From: a virus
Taxonomy: Duplodnaviria > Caudoviricetes
DNA: 64,000 bases
IMG/VR virus record: IMGVR_UViG_2562617147_000003
Location: 1-64,000 of that record
Reading direction: 5' to 3' (one strand)
Below, piece after piece: positions 37,917 to 49,600 of this stretch. The notes under the pieces were generated by a model. The model did not search any database and was not told the DNA's origin. It saw only the letters and a list, made by a program, of their open reading frames with translations. The first letter of the stretch is position 1; each line of letters begins with the position of its first letter. The position numbers and the translations under genes were made by a program.

Positions 37917-40380
37917 GCTGGCCTTTGCACACAAGAAACCATTCGACCTCCGGAAACTGGACGAAATGTCCCTGATGCCGACACCTTCCGCCGGGGAATA
38001 CCTGGGCGAGCATGTGGCCCAGGCCTTTGACCGGACCATCCCCGGGCGCGTGCTGGAAGAGCAGGCCATTCTGGACGCCGAAAAGGCCGAGGGCACGTAT
38101 GATCCCGACTATCTGCCGCAGCGGGAAGCGCGCGACATGTTCGGCTCCTTTCCGGATATGCCGGAACTGCGTCATGCGCACGCTATACCGGAAGATGAGT
38201 GGAAGGCGTCTCCTTACTATCGCAAGGGGGTGCAATATCGTCCGGACATGACCGCCACGCGGGCTCGCATCCTGTCGGAAAATTACGATGAGCGGCGCTT
38301 CCGGGAAGAACTCATTGCCAACGGCGACGCTGCCTACGGTCCGGGCGTGAAAGCGGCGGCTTTCGGGGCCATGTTGCTGGGCAGCCTGCCGGACCCGGTG
38401 AACGTTCTGCCCCTGGGCGGCGGCGTGCGGGCCGCTTCTTTGCTGGGCAAGGCCGGATTGAAAGCGGCCATCGGAGCCGGGGCCAAGGCGGGCATTGTGG
38501 AGGGCGCTGCGGGCGCACTGCTCTCCGACGCGCTGACTCTGCCCGATCTGGCGGCCCGGGGCGAAGACGTGGGCTTTGTCGATGTGATGCTGGACACTGC
38601 CTTCGGTGCTTCCCTGGGCGGTGGGCTGGGAGCCCTGGGCGGCGGCATCGGCGGCTATCTGGGCAAACGCCGAGCCCAGGCGCAAGCGCTTTTGGCAGAG
38701 CGGGCGCTGCTTCGGCACGCGGAACTGCTGCGTGAGGCCGATGTACGGGAAAAAGCGGCTTTGGCCGTGACGACGGAGTTCGGCGCGCTGGACAATAATT
38801 TCCTCAATTCCGGCTGGCATGCCTTTGAGGACAACCCGGACGACTTCTTTCTGAGCCGGGCCGGACGCGACGGCGGGCCCGGCGCGTCGTTGGCGACACG
38901 TGCCGAGACTTTTTTCGGTCTCCTTGATGAAGTTGATCTGGGCATCGCCCGGCGTGATCGCTGGCGCATCTGGACAGCCGAGTTTCAGAAGCAGCTCGAA
39001 GATGCCGGGTTCTCTTCCCAGAAGGCGGAATCATTCAGTGACGTGCTGGGCGCGCACGCCGAGGTCATGGCCCCCATGTACGGCATGGAGCCGGGGCAGT
39101 GGCTGGAGCACAGGCTTGCGGGTTTCCGGCAGATGAGTCCGGAAGAATTTGCCGCAGTACGCGAGGGCTTTTTATATGACGCGCCCGGACGCGAAGCGGC
39201 GGACTTGCGGCAAGCCACAGGCGAAGGACGGGGCGCGAACCCCATTGCCGACGCCGTCTGGGGGCAGCTTGACCGCGCGGCTATCCGTGAGGGCTATGGC
39301 CAGGACGTTGTACGGGCCATTGAGGAGCGTTACGGGCGAGGCGTGTTTGCCAAGACCAGCGGCGGGAAGGCCAAGGACCGCGCGACCCTGAGCAATGACG
39401 GTCTGGCTTCGGAGCTTTCCCGGCGCGGGCTTTTGCCGGAAGGCTCCAGCCTGGACGATATGGTAAACTATCTGGCCACGGGCGAAGGCGTGGACACGGG
39501 CCGGGCGCTGTATCAGCCCGCCGACATGGTGCGCCCCCTTCCCCAACGCTTCGCGGATATGCCCACCCTAGAGGCCGACAGCTCGCACTGGTTCGGCAAG
39601 GGGAAGGAGATTGAGGCCGACAAGAAGAATCTACGCAAGAATATCAAAGAATGGGCCAAAGAACATTTTTCCAGAGATACAACTGTCTCCAATGCGGATA
39701 CGGGATGGGATGTGCGGGTAACGCCCAAGGGTATCGAAAACTCGCTTTCGCATGGATTTGATGAACCACTGGCCCGTTCCGTGCCCTTCATTCCGCAGAT
39801 TGTGGAAGGCGGCATTCATGTTGCGACCACAGAGAAAAAAGCCGGCCTCATGTCGCATATTTTTGCGAACAAGGTCAGGCTGGACGGAAATGACTATGTA
39901 GTGGGCTTTGTGCTGCGCGAGGATGATAACGGGAATCGTTTTTATGACCATGAGCTGACGGAAATAATCGACCCCGGTTGGTTATACCGGGACCCGCTCT
40001 CCAAAAAGGAAACGTTGTACACCGGACCGGCCAACCGGGGTCTTGACCCCGATCGGCTCGCACCGGGCAGAGACACTTCCGAAGAAGCCTTGGGACACCG
40101 GACCAATCGGGGTGATGTGATGAACATACTCCGGGAAAAGCTGGGCGTCAATGACGGCAGCGGGCGGATTCTGTTTCACGCCGCGGACGGCGATCCGGCC
40201 AACGCGCGCGGGGCCCTCGTCTTCCGGCCCGAGGATGGCCAGGCGCTCATTGCCCTGTTCAAGGGCAAGCGGGACATTTCCACAGTCATTCACGAGGGCG
40301 CCGACCGGGCCGCCAGAGTCGAGAGATACGGGGAACTTGGGCAAACCGTGCTGGAATGCGTCATGGAGGTGGCGGAATAA
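37906..40380 (+). CDS. ejection protein with an LPD3-like polyvalent insert
   Basis: NADTGWDVRVTPKGI..SH...VGFVLREDDNGNRFYDHEL LPD3-like segment; STVIHE motif. Confidence 0.7.
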   Translation: MIFELAFAHKKPFDLRKLDEMSLMPTPSAGEYLGEHVAQAFDRTIPGRVLEEQAILDAEKAEGTYDPDYLPQREARDMFGSFPDMPELRHAHAIPEDEWKASPYYRKGVQYRPDMTATRARILSENYDERRFREELIANGDAAYGPGVKAAAFGAMLLGSLPDPVNVLPLGGGVRAASLLGKAGLKAAIGAGAKAGIVEGAAGALLSDALTLPDLAARGEDVGFVDVMLDTAFGASLGGGLGALGGGIGGYLGKRRAQAQALLAERALLRHAELLREADVREKAALAVTTEFGALDNNFLNSGWHAFEDNPDDFFLSRAGRDGGPGASLATRAETFFGLLDEVDLGIARRDRWRIWTAEFQKQLEDAGFSSQKAESFSDVLGAHAEVMAPMYGMEPGQWLEHRLAGFRQMSPEEFAAVREGFLYDAPGREAADLRQATGEGRGANPIADAVWGQLDRAAIREGYGQDVVRAIEERYGRGVFAKTSGGKAKDRATLSNDGLASELSRRGLLPEGSSLDDMVNYLATGEGVDTGRALYQPADMVRPLPQRFADMPTLEADSSHWFGKGKEIEADKKNLRKNIKEWAKEHFSRDTTVSNADTGWDVRVTPKGIENSLSHGFDEPLARSVPFIPQIVEGGIHVATTEKKAGLMSHIFANKVRLDGNDYVVGFVLREDDNGNRFYDHELTEIIDPGWLYRDPLSKKETLYTGPANRGLDPDRLAPGRDTSEEALGHRTNRGDVMNILREKLGVNDGSGRILFHAADGDPANARGALVFRPEDGQALIALFKGKRDISTVIHEGADRAARVERYGELGQTVLECVMEVAE

Positions 40381-43004
40381 TGGCCCTGAACAAGAGAGAC
40401 TGCATTGCCGCCGTCAAACAGGCCGGGGCGTCTGAGCTGGAGGCCCTCGACATCGTGGACATGCTGCTGGAGCAAAAAGCCCGGTTGAAAGCCTCCGGCG
40501 ACCTGACGCCGCAAAACCTTTCCCGCGCCTGGAGCGCCACCGCCGAAGGCCTGGCGCGCCAGCGGGCGATACAGCGCCGCCGCACTGCCCTGGGGCTGGT
40601 CAAGTTCCGCGAGGCTGCGGGCTTCGTTGATTCCGCCAAGGCCCAGGGAGTTTCGGCCATGGAAGGCATTCAAGCCCTGATGGTGGGCGTTTCCCGACGG
40701 TTTGACGGAGCGCGTCGTTCTGTATCCGCCTTGCGGCAGGGCATCTTCAAATCCTGGGCATCACCCATGCTGCGCGAACTGGAGGCCGTCGACAACGGCG
40801 CGGCCCTGCGCCTCATGCGCGAAGACAAGGCTTTTCATGACAGCGTATTCCGCGAAATGCGCGAACCGGACAGCACGGGCGACAAAAACGCTCGCGCCAT
40901 TGCCGACATCTTCAGCCGCTACACGGAGCAGAGCCGCGTCCGGCTCAACGCCGCCGGGGCGGACATCGGCAAACTGGACGGCTGGACGCCGCAGACCCAT
41001 GATCCCTATAAGCTTATGGCGGGCGGCGAGGCCGGGCGCGCGAAATGGGTTGATTTCATGCTGCCCCGTCTTGATCTGGAGCGCACTTTCGACGGCGTGG
41101 GCCTGGTGGACGCAAACCGTGCCCGCGAGTTGCTTAACGGCGTGTACGATACCTTGACCATGGGCAGGAATCCGCACATGCCCGGCGACTTCACGGGCGG
41201 CGGCGCTTCCGTCCCCGGCCCGCGCAATCTGGCGTCCGGCATGGGCAAGAGCCGCGTGCTCCATTTCAAGGACGCGCAAGGCGCGCTGGAGTATCATGAC
41301 GCCTACGGACGCGGCAACATTTTCGACGCCATGCTCCGGCATCTGGAGCAAGACGCGCGGGCCCTGGCCCTCATGGAACGGCTGGGGCCAAATCCGCAGT
41401 ACACGCTGGAAAGACTTCTGGCTCATGAAAAGCGCGCGCTCAAGGACAACGCCGTCCTGACTCCCGAAGAAAAAGCGCGGCAGATGCGGGAGTTGGACAA
41501 TGCCTTTTCCGGCGGCATCATCCGCCAGGGCAGGGTTTCCGCATGGCTGGCGGAGCTGACAGGAGAAACCAGCTGGGCGGTGCATCCCACGCTGGCCAGA
41601 GTCGGGGCCGTGCTGCGCGCGTCGCAAAATCTTTCCAAGTTGGGCGGCGCGTCCCTCTCGGCCATTGCCGACGTATTCACCAAGGCGGCATCCATGCGCG
41701 TCAACGGCGAGACATGGCCCGGGGCAATAGGAAAAAGCCTTGCCCAGTATATCCAGGGATTCAGCGGCAAGGAAAAGGACGTCGCCCGGCAGTGCGGGGC
41801 CTTTCTGGATCATGTGCGCGGCGACATCGTTGCCCGCTGGGATGACGCCAGCGGCATGCCTGGAGTGCTGGCCGACCTTCAGGACAAGCTTTTCCGCTGG
41901 AGCGGTTTGAACTGGATCACCGAGCGCGGCAAGGCGGGTTATACGCTCTGGTTGTCGGAGCACCTGGGAGAAGTGTCCGGCAAGGCCTTCGATCAGTTGG
42001 ACGGACCGCGCCGGGCCATGTTGCAATACCACGGGGTGGATCCGGAACGCTGGGAGGCCATGCGCAAAATGAGCCACCAGGCCGAGGACGGCAAGGCCTA
42101 CTTCACGCCGGAAGCCGCTGCGTACTTAACGGACGCCGACCTTGCGCCGCTCTTGCCGGAGCATGCGAAGAACGCGCCGCCGGACGTCCAGGCGCGTGAG
42201 CTGGCCCGTATCCGCGACAGCCTGCGCTTTGACAGCATGGCCATGCTGGCCGATGAAACCGCCTTTGCCATCATTGAGCCGGACGACGCTACCCGCGCCA
42301 TCATGCGCCAGGGCACGCGGCCCGGAACCGGGGCGGGCGAAGTCTGGCGGGCCATAATGCAGTTCAAATCCTTCCCCATAGCCTACATGCAACGCGTGCT
42401 TGGCGGCCGCCGCTGGGTACGCGGCGATTTGCAGAGAGGCATGCGCTACGGCCCGCGCAATCTGCCGGGGGCGGTCGAGGATGCGTTGACGCGGGATATG
42501 GGCGGGCTCATGGGGTTTGTGCTCAGCTCCGTGGCCTTCGGCTACGCGTCCATGACGCTCAAGGATCTGGCCAAGGGCCGGGAGCCGCGCAGTCTGGCCC
42601 ACAGGGAAACCTGGCTGGCCGCCGCGATGCAGTCCGGCGGAGCGGGCATTTTCGGAGACATCCTTTTCGGCAAGGTCAACCGTTTCGGCAACAGTTTTGC
42701 GGAAACCGCAGTGGGGCCGCTGGGCGGGCTCATCGGCGACGCGGCCACCTTGGGCGGCCAGCTTGTGCGCGGCGACATGGCCGATGCCGGAGAGGACACG
42801 TTGCGCCTGGCCATGGGTAACGCGCCCTTCATCAACCTCTGGTACACCCGCGCCGCCCTGGACTGGATGCTGCTCTACCATGTGCGGGAAATGATGTCGC
42901 CGGGAACCCTGCGACGCACGGAACGCAAGATGAAAAAGGAGTTCGGGCAGGAGTTTCTTTTTCCGCCGTCGCAATTCATCCGGCGGGGTGGGGGATTCCG
43001 GTAG
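40380..43004 (+). CDS. large internal virion/ejection protein (APSE/epsilon15-type)
   Basis: 874 aa; GWTPQTHD, RVLHFKD, GTGAGEVWRAIMQFKSFP, PFINLWY. Confidence 0.8.
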   Translation: MALNKRDCIAAVKQAGASELEALDIVDMLLEQKARLKASGDLTPQNLSRAWSATAEGLARQRAIQRRRTALGLVKFREAAGFVDSAKAQGVSAMEGIQALMVGVSRRFDGARRSVSALRQGIFKSWASPMLRELEAVDNGAALRLMREDKAFHDSVFREMREPDSTGDKNARAIADIFSRYTEQSRVRLNAAGADIGKLDGWTPQTHDPYKLMAGGEAGRAKWVDFMLPRLDLERTFDGVGLVDANRARELLNGVYDTLTMGRNPHMPGDFTGGGASVPGPRNLASGMGKSRVLHFKDAQGALEYHDAYGRGNIFDAMLRHLEQDARALALMERLGPNPQYTLERLLAHEKRALKDNAVLTPEEKARQMRELDNAFSGGIIRQGRVSAWLAELTGETSWAVHPTLARVGAVLRASQNLSKLGGASLSAIADVFTKAASMRVNGETWPGAIGKSLAQYIQGFSGKEKDVARQCGAFLDHVRGDIVARWDDASGMPGVLADLQDKLFRWSGLNWITERGKAGYTLWLSEHLGEVSGKAFDQLDGPRRAMLQYHGVDPERWEAMRKMSHQAEDGKAYFTPEAAAYLTDADLAPLLPEHAKNAPPDVQARELARIRDSLRFDSMAMLADETAFAIIEPDDATRAIMRQGTRPGTGAGEVWRAIMQFKSFPIAYMQRVLGGRRWVRGDLQRGMRYGPRNLPGAVEDALTRDMGGLMGFVLSSVAFGYASMTLKDLAKGREPRSLAHRETWLAAAMQSGGAGIFGDILFGKVNRFGNSFAETAVGPLGGLIGDAATLGGQLVRGDMADAGEDTLRLAMGNAPFINLWYTRAALDWMLLYHVREMMSPGTLRRTERKMKKEFGQEFLFPPSQFIRRGGGFR

Positions 43005-43080
43005 AAGCTTCGGGAGGCTCCTGTAGAAATTTTCGGCTCCGTCTAGAAGAGAGCCCCATGAAATCCGAGGGAACTCAAAG

Positions 43081-43698
43081 CTAGTTGAGAAGGCTATCAA
43101 TGGTTCTTTTGAAATCCTTGATTCTGTCTTCGAGATTACGGAGCTCGTCGTTGTTCTGATTCTTTTTTGGGGAAGGCTTAGTTGACTGCGTTGAAAAAAT
43201 TTCTTCCATTACTGGAAATTTGATTTTTTGGTTTTGTTTTTCACGTAACTCTTGAATGTATGGACTATATTCAGTAGCAATACTTGCTTCTATTTCTTTG
43301 TATGAATGATCTATAAGTATTATATCAATAAAAAATATAATTATTACGATAAGTAAAAAATTAATTAGAATTTTAAAACTTTTTCTTTCTCTTATTATAT
43401 AAAAGTATCGCATTGATATAAAAATGAATATTAAAATTGAAATAGAAATAATGGTTAGAGTTATACTCTTCTTTTTGTTTTTTATCTCTGACAGCATCAC
43501 TTGTTCTGTGATATACGGTGATTCATCTATATCTTGTGGGGTTAGGCCTGGTCTATCTGCAAAAGCAGATTCAAACACACCGATCTGAATATAATTCCCT
43601 GGTTGTTGCGAGGGCGCAGAGGTGTCCGCTCGAGCCACCGGCGCAATCACGCACAAAAGGAGAAGCGCCAGCAGCGCACAGCCCACAAGTCTTTTCAT
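43081..43698 (-). CDS. low-GC membrane protein (moron)
   Basis: Signal peptide plus two Ile-rich TM segments; opposite strand to structural genes. Confidence 0.7.
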   Translation of the reverse strand: MKRLVGCALLALLLLCVIAPVARADTSAPSQQPGNYIQIGVFESAFADRPGLTPQDIDESPYITEQVMLSEIKNKKKSITLTIISISILIFIFISMRYFYIIRERKSFKILINFLLIVIIIFFIDIILIDHSYKEIEASIATEYSPYIQELREKQNQKIKFPVMEEIFSTQSTKPSPKKNQNNDELRNLEDRIKDFKRTIDSLLN

Positions 43699-44011
43699 GG
43701 CTTAATTTTAAACGGCCTTGGGGGCTTTGACAACCACAGAGGGATAAAAGGACGGGCCGGGGGATGGAGGTCATCCTCGGCTCGTTTCTATGCCAATGAG
43801 GGCAGTATGGCTTGTTGCTGGTGCTTGTTGACGGGGGTTACATAGGGTTTGTCTTTGATGTTGACGGGGTTGAAATTTATTTACATCCTGGAGTAGCACA
43901 AGCTTAATCTGCTTGGTTTTACTAATAATACTTCTTAATCCTGTATGATTATTAATTATATTAATGTGTTACTTTCAGTGTGGAAATATCCTACGGAAAG
44001 CGAGGTTAAAA

Positions 44012-45568
44012 ATGGATCTGTCTTCGCTGGTAAAAGATTTCAGTACAACGCCGTTCCTTTTTGTGGGGTCTGGTTTTTCTCGGAGATACTACGGTCTTCC
44101 CGACTGGAAAGGCCTTTTGCAGATTTTTGTCCAAAGAATGAGCAACGATGAGTTTGCGTTCAACAAGTATATAAGCAGGGCTGAAGGCCTTATAAATTCT
44201 GGAAAAGAAGGAATCCTGCTTGCCGTTACCGCCGGACTCATCATGCAAGATTTTGACAGACTTTGGTATGAGGATTCTTCTTTCCGTCAGCTGAGGGATT
44301 CCTACAAGGTGTTTGTGAAGAATGGGCAGTCACCATTTAAGGTAGAGGTAGCCCAATATATTGATAACCATTCCGTCCCTGTGGAAACCATGCGAGGCGA
44401 GCTGGCAAAATTGAAAGAACTTTCCCGCCGTAGCTTGGCTGGCATTATTACCACCAATTATGACTGCCTTCTTGAGATGGAAATGGAGGATTATAAAACC
44501 TTCGTTGGGCAAGAAGAACTTATCTTCTCCGCGCTCCAGGGCTGGGCGGAGATATACAAGATACATGGTTCTGTTACCAATCCGGGTACTATTATCATTA
44601 CAGATAAAGATTACAGGGGATTTAAGGAATACAGTCCTTATCTTGCGGCAAAACTTATGACTATATTTATTGAGTTTCCAATTATATTTATTGGATATTC
44701 AATAAATGACCCTAATATCCGTATAATATTGGAAGAGCTTGGTAGATGTCTTTCGAAGGAAAATCTTCAAAGGCTTCAGCGCCGCTTTATCTATGTGGAG
44801 CATAAGAAGGATAAACATGATATAGAATTTTTTGAACATTCCATAGTGATTCGTGACGACTATATCCATATGACTGGCATTAGAACAGACAATTTTATGG
44901 CAATTTATGAAGCACTTGCTGAAAAACGGGCTTCTCTTCCTGCCAAGCTTATTCGTATGTTCAAACAGGAATTTTATACTTTTGCGCTGACTAGCGAACC
45001 TACGGCCAGAATACGGGTAGCTAATATTGATGACGCACGAGTAAGAGATGAAGATCTCATGATTGCGATTGGGAAAGCGTCGGAGTTTGGTTTGAGGGGA
45101 TTGTCCGGCATGACGATGAAAGAATGGTATCAACATGTTGTTCTACATGATCTTGAATTCTCTGCTGACGACATCCTAACGTATGCTTTTCCTGTCTTGC
45201 ATAGAAAAAACATGGCCCTGCCGTTGAACATGCTGCTGAACGAGGCAAACAGGTCATACCCTGAATGCGAAGCAAACAGATGTGCTAGTTTTGATTCTAT
45301 ACTAAACTCAAATTATAGAAAAGGAAGGAATAGAACTATAGAGGTGAGAAGCATAAATGGAATCATTAAATGTTTTAATAATGATATGCATAAAATCATA
45401 TATGAGATTCCGTATCTCAAGGAATCAGAGATTGATGTAGAGGAGTTGGAAGCCTATCTGAGAGGACTCTTTTATCAAAAAGGGCTTTATAATAACCTAG
45501 ATAACAATAAAAGGTCAGATCTGCACAGAGTGGTACGGATATTTGATTATCTCAAATATGGCAGATAA
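44012..45568 (+). CDS. Sir2-family (SIR2_2) protein, candidate anti-phage NADase
   Basis: PFLFVGSGFS..LPDW; IITTNYD; YKIHGS; IIFIGYSINDPNI; low GC. Confidence 0.9.
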   Translation: MDLSSLVKDFSTTPFLFVGSGFSRRYYGLPDWKGLLQIFVQRMSNDEFAFNKYISRAEGLINSGKEGILLAVTAGLIMQDFDRLWYEDSSFRQLRDSYKVFVKNGQSPFKVEVAQYIDNHSVPVETMRGELAKLKELSRRSLAGIITTNYDCLLEMEMEDYKTFVGQEELIFSALQGWAEIYKIHGSVTNPGTIIITDKDYRGFKEYSPYLAAKLMTIFIEFPIIFIGYSINDPNIRIILEELGRCLSKENLQRLQRRFIYVEHKKDKHDIEFFEHSIVIRDDYIHMTGIRTDNFMAIYEALAEKRASLPAKLIRMFKQEFYTFALTSEPTARIRVANIDDARVRDEDLMIAIGKASEFGLRGLSGMTMKEWYQHVVLHDLEFSADDILTYAFPVLHRKNMALPLNMLLNEANRSYPECEANRCASFDSILNSNYRKGRNRTIEVRSINGIIKCFNNDMHKIIYEIPYLKESEIDVEELEAYLRGLFYQKGLYNNLDNNKRSDLHRVVRIFDYLKYGR

Positions 45569-45754
45569 CAAAAAGCCTTGGCCTAGTGGATACTCTCTAT
45601 CCACAAAGAACCAAGACTTCTTGCACATAAAATACATTAAGTTGGGGCACAACAAATACGCAGTCCCCCTCTCCGATAGTGGACATTTCGTATCCTGTAC
45701 CCGTGCAAAAAATAGATGAAAATTGAGTTTTGTCAACTCATACGCGCCTGCAGG

Positions 45755-45892
45755 TCAGGCGCGGTGGTCAAAGTAGACTTGCCGCTCAAGCATCCTTTTC
45801 CCGGTATTGAAGCTGTCATTGGTGGTATTTCCGGAGGCCAGAGCCATGATCGGCAGCGCGATCAGGGCAAGGGCAAGGATGATTTTTTTCAT
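45755..45892 (-). pseudogene. truncated endonuclease I (EndA/Dns-like) 5' fragment
   Basis: Signal peptide + GNTTNDSFNTGKRMLERQVYFDHR, then a premature stop. Confidence 0.6.
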
Positions 45893-46645
45893 GCTCATCC
45901 CTAACAAATAGCCGATATTGCCGCAAGACGGGATATTGCGGGCACGAAAAAGCCGCCCGTAGGCGGCTGGGGAGATATGCCCTGCGTTTTTCTGATGAGC
46001 GCGGGGATGGGGAAAGTAGGTAGAGGGGGCGCTTTTCGCCCTTGGCGTCGGTGCATTCAACCAGCTCAAAGTTGAGCGCGTTGAATGATTTTGCACAGTT
46101 ATGAATACTCTGTTCAGGCAGATATGAGGAGCGCTTAAAATTCAGCAGTCCTCCGACGAGTGGAAGGACCGGGAACCGATTCCGGTCAGGTCCGAGAGCG
46201 GTGTAGGACAAGAACTTGAAATGCGCATCATCTCCGAGTCCGGCCTGTCCGCCCTTGTCTTCCGTAGCGGTGCTAGCAATTTGCTAACATGCTGCTTCTT
46301 TCAATGTTTTTTTGTTCACTGAAAGCGCGATCTTGTTTCACTATAAGCGCTTGTTTTCATGCATATTCACCATGAAATATAAAGTAATTTCGGCCCTTTG
46401 AAGGCCCGCAAAGCGCTTTTGCGCACTGGCTCCGGCAAAACAAAGCCACCGCGCTTTATCAGAGCGCCGGCGGCTCTCCGGCTCAACCCAAGCCCGCCGA
46501 GGCGGGGCGTGTCTCTGAACTCAAGCAGGGTGGCTTTGAACACACACTAGCTGAAGAGGGCGGCACTGACAAGAGTCCCGGTGACGCCTCCGCCATACCC
46601 CGTCGGCGTGCGCCGGTCATTGAGGTTCGCGGCGATGAGCTGGGC

Positions 46646-49600
46646 GTGCCGGAGGGCGCGCCCAGCAGGGAGTACCAGAAAGCCGCCCGCGAATTGTACC
46701 GGAAATTACAGAAGACGCCAGCGCAGCGGGAGGATCTGGGAGAAATCAGGTTTACCAAGGCAGGGTGGAGCGAAGCGGCGCGCACCGGCGCGGATCCGAG
46801 AAAGTGGCGGCTTTTTCCGAAATTGAAAGAAATCATCGAGGGCGCGGCGTACATTGAGCGCCATGAGCTCAGGAAGCAGCGCAAAGATAATATTATCGCC
46901 TTTCACTGGCTGGAAACCGATGTTGCATTGGGGGGCGAAAATCTTCGCGTGGGGGTGCAGATTGCGGAAGATGCCGACGGCAACAAATTCTACAACCTGA
47001 ACCAGGATTTGGAGGGATGGAGTCAAAAATACGAAGCTCCCGGAGCAGATCCGGCTCTATCGGATGCCGGCCCCCAGGAGCTTCGCCAGAACGCGACAGC
47101 GCCTGTTGAAAACAGAATAGTTCCTGACGCCGACAGCGTCAACCTGCATATCCTGCCGCAAGAGGGAGGGCAGGGCGGCCCTGTGGTCCGGGGCTCCGTC
47201 ACCCTCTCGCCCGAGAGCGCGGCCGCCCGCATTTTCAAGGAGGCCAATCTCTCCACCATCCCGCACGAATCCGCGCATATTTTTCTGGATGACCTCATGC
47301 GCGTGGCCGCGGACGACGGCTCCATCGCCCTGGGCAACATGCGCCGCTCCCTGGCTGATGCCCTCAAGGGCGAGGCCCCGGCCGTCCGCCGGACCGTGGA
47401 CGCATTGCTGGCGGATGCCGCAAAATCCCCGGCCTATAAGCGCATTGCCGCCCTGCGCACAGCCGTTGCCGAACTGCGCGCCAATGCGCGGGACGCCCGC
47501 GCCGCCTCGCGCGCCCATGCGGCGGCCGTGGAGGAGCTGCAGCGCCGGGCCAGGGAAAAGGGCGAAACCTTCCAGCCCGGCCAGACCCCGCCCTGGTTTG
47601 GCCACCAGGCCGCGCGCATCCTCTCCCGCGACCATGCTTCCGCCAACGCCCGCGCCGCCAACATCGTCAGCCGTGCCGTGGGCCATCTCCACGCCCTGGA
47701 CCAGGCCCGGGCCGATCTGCGCGCCCTGCGCCAATGGGCTCAGGTTCCTGTGGAAGGCGAGCTTGCCCAGGGCTCGGAAGAATGGACGAAATTCCATGAA
47801 ACCGTGGCGCTCGGTTTCGAGCAATATCTCAGGGAGGGCAGGGCCCCCAGCCGCAAGCTGGAAGCGGCCTTCGCCCGCCTGCGTTCCTGGCTGCTGAAAG
47901 TGTACGGGCAGGCCCGCGACATTCTGGGCCTGCCCGTCAGCGACGACGTGCGCCGCGTTTTCGACCGCATGCTGGCCACGGACGCACAGATCCGCCGGAC
48001 GCGCGGGATGCGAAATGTCCTGGCCGCCGAGAGCGACTTCATGGGCAGCGGCCAGCTCCGGCATGACGAGTGGGACGAACTCAACGCCATGCGCGGCCAG
48101 GCCGAGCGCGAGGTGCAGGCCGCCATGGACCGCGCCACCCTGCGCGAACGCAACATGCGGTATAAAGAATACTACGCCGAGGCCCTGGCCGGGCTGGATG
48201 CGTCGCCCTTCTGGCAGATGGTGGGCGACCTCTCCGCGCGCACGCGCACGCCGGAGGGGCAATCCCTGGGCGGCCTCGACCGCGCCGGTGTCGCCCGCCT
48301 CATCGGCGAGGAGCAGACGGCGGAGCTTTCCCGCGCCCGGCACGGCATCATCAACGCCCGGGGCAATGGCTCGCCTGTGGACATGGCCGCCATGGAACAG
48401 GGCTATGAAGACGCGGACGCCCTTGTCCATGATCTCTACGACGCACTGGTGGTCCGGGGCGAAAGCAAGAAAAAGCTGGCCGTCGCCCTGGCCGAGCAGC
48501 GCCTGGCCGAGGACGACAGGGCGGCCGAAGCCGATGCCCTGCTGCACGGCGGCGAGAGCTACGCCGCCTATCTGGACAAGGTGGACGAGGTGGTGCTGCG
48601 TATCGCCGCCCGCAAGGGCTACCGCGGTGTGGAAGAACAGGACCGCTTTGTGCGCAACTCCATCACGCCCCGCAGCGTCGTCCGCAATCAGGCTTTCCAG
48701 ATGTTGCACAACAGTCCCCTGCGCGACATCACGCCCGAACGCTATCAGGCCATGCTCGACAAGGCGTTGCGCGACCGCTCCCGCGCCCTGGTGGACGGCG
48801 ACGTGATGGCCGCCGTGCGCGCTGTGGACAATGCCCGCGTGGCCAACGAACTGATCTGGTCCTCCCGCGACCAGTTGCGCCGCAGCGACGAACTGCTTGA
48901 GCTGGCCGCCAGAACAGCGGCCGCCAAGCCCGGAACTTTCCCCACCATTCACCGCGAGGCCTTGCGCAAACTGCTGGAGCGTTACGGCCTGGCCCATATG
49001 CGCGGCCTGCCTGACCAGACGCTGGGCGCTTCCAGCCTGCGCGAGCTGGTGGAGAAAACCCTGCCCGGCGACGACGTGGCGGGCATTCTGCCCAGCTTTG
49101 CCGACTGGCTGCTCGACGGCGTGAATCCCGATACCGGCGCAGCCCTGCAGAACGGCCGTCAGTCCTGGCGTGATCTCACCCCCGCCCAGTTGCAGGAGGT
49201 GGAAAACCTGCTCCACTATCTGCGCCATGTCGGCTACGACGCCCGCACCGATGCCCGCAACAGCGAGGCCGCCAGGGTGGAGCTGACGGCCAACCAGGCG
49301 GCGGCGCGCATGCGGCCCCTGAAGGAAATGCCCAATGCCCCGGCGGACAGCCTGCGCCGCAAGGCTCAGGACGCCGCGCGCGGGCTTTATTCCGCCGTGG
49401 ACGCCCTGCGCTGGGAGTTCCGCAAGGCCGACGGCTTCAGCAATGTGCCGGGCGAAGGGGAGGCCGGCCCCATGGAAACCATGCTGGACCAGATCCTGGG
49501 CGGCGAGCAGCGCGTCCGTGAGCGCGTGGAAGCCGTCAATCAGGCCATGGCTCCACATCTGGTCCACCTGGCCGACAGCGTGCGGCAGTGGGAGAAGCGC

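Noticed and set aside
46372-46402. prfB-like +1 frameshift (ATG 46372...CTT TGA) feeding the giant ORF
   Set aside because: The frame arithmetic works, but there is no Shine-Dalgarno before the ATG or the slippery site; probably chance.
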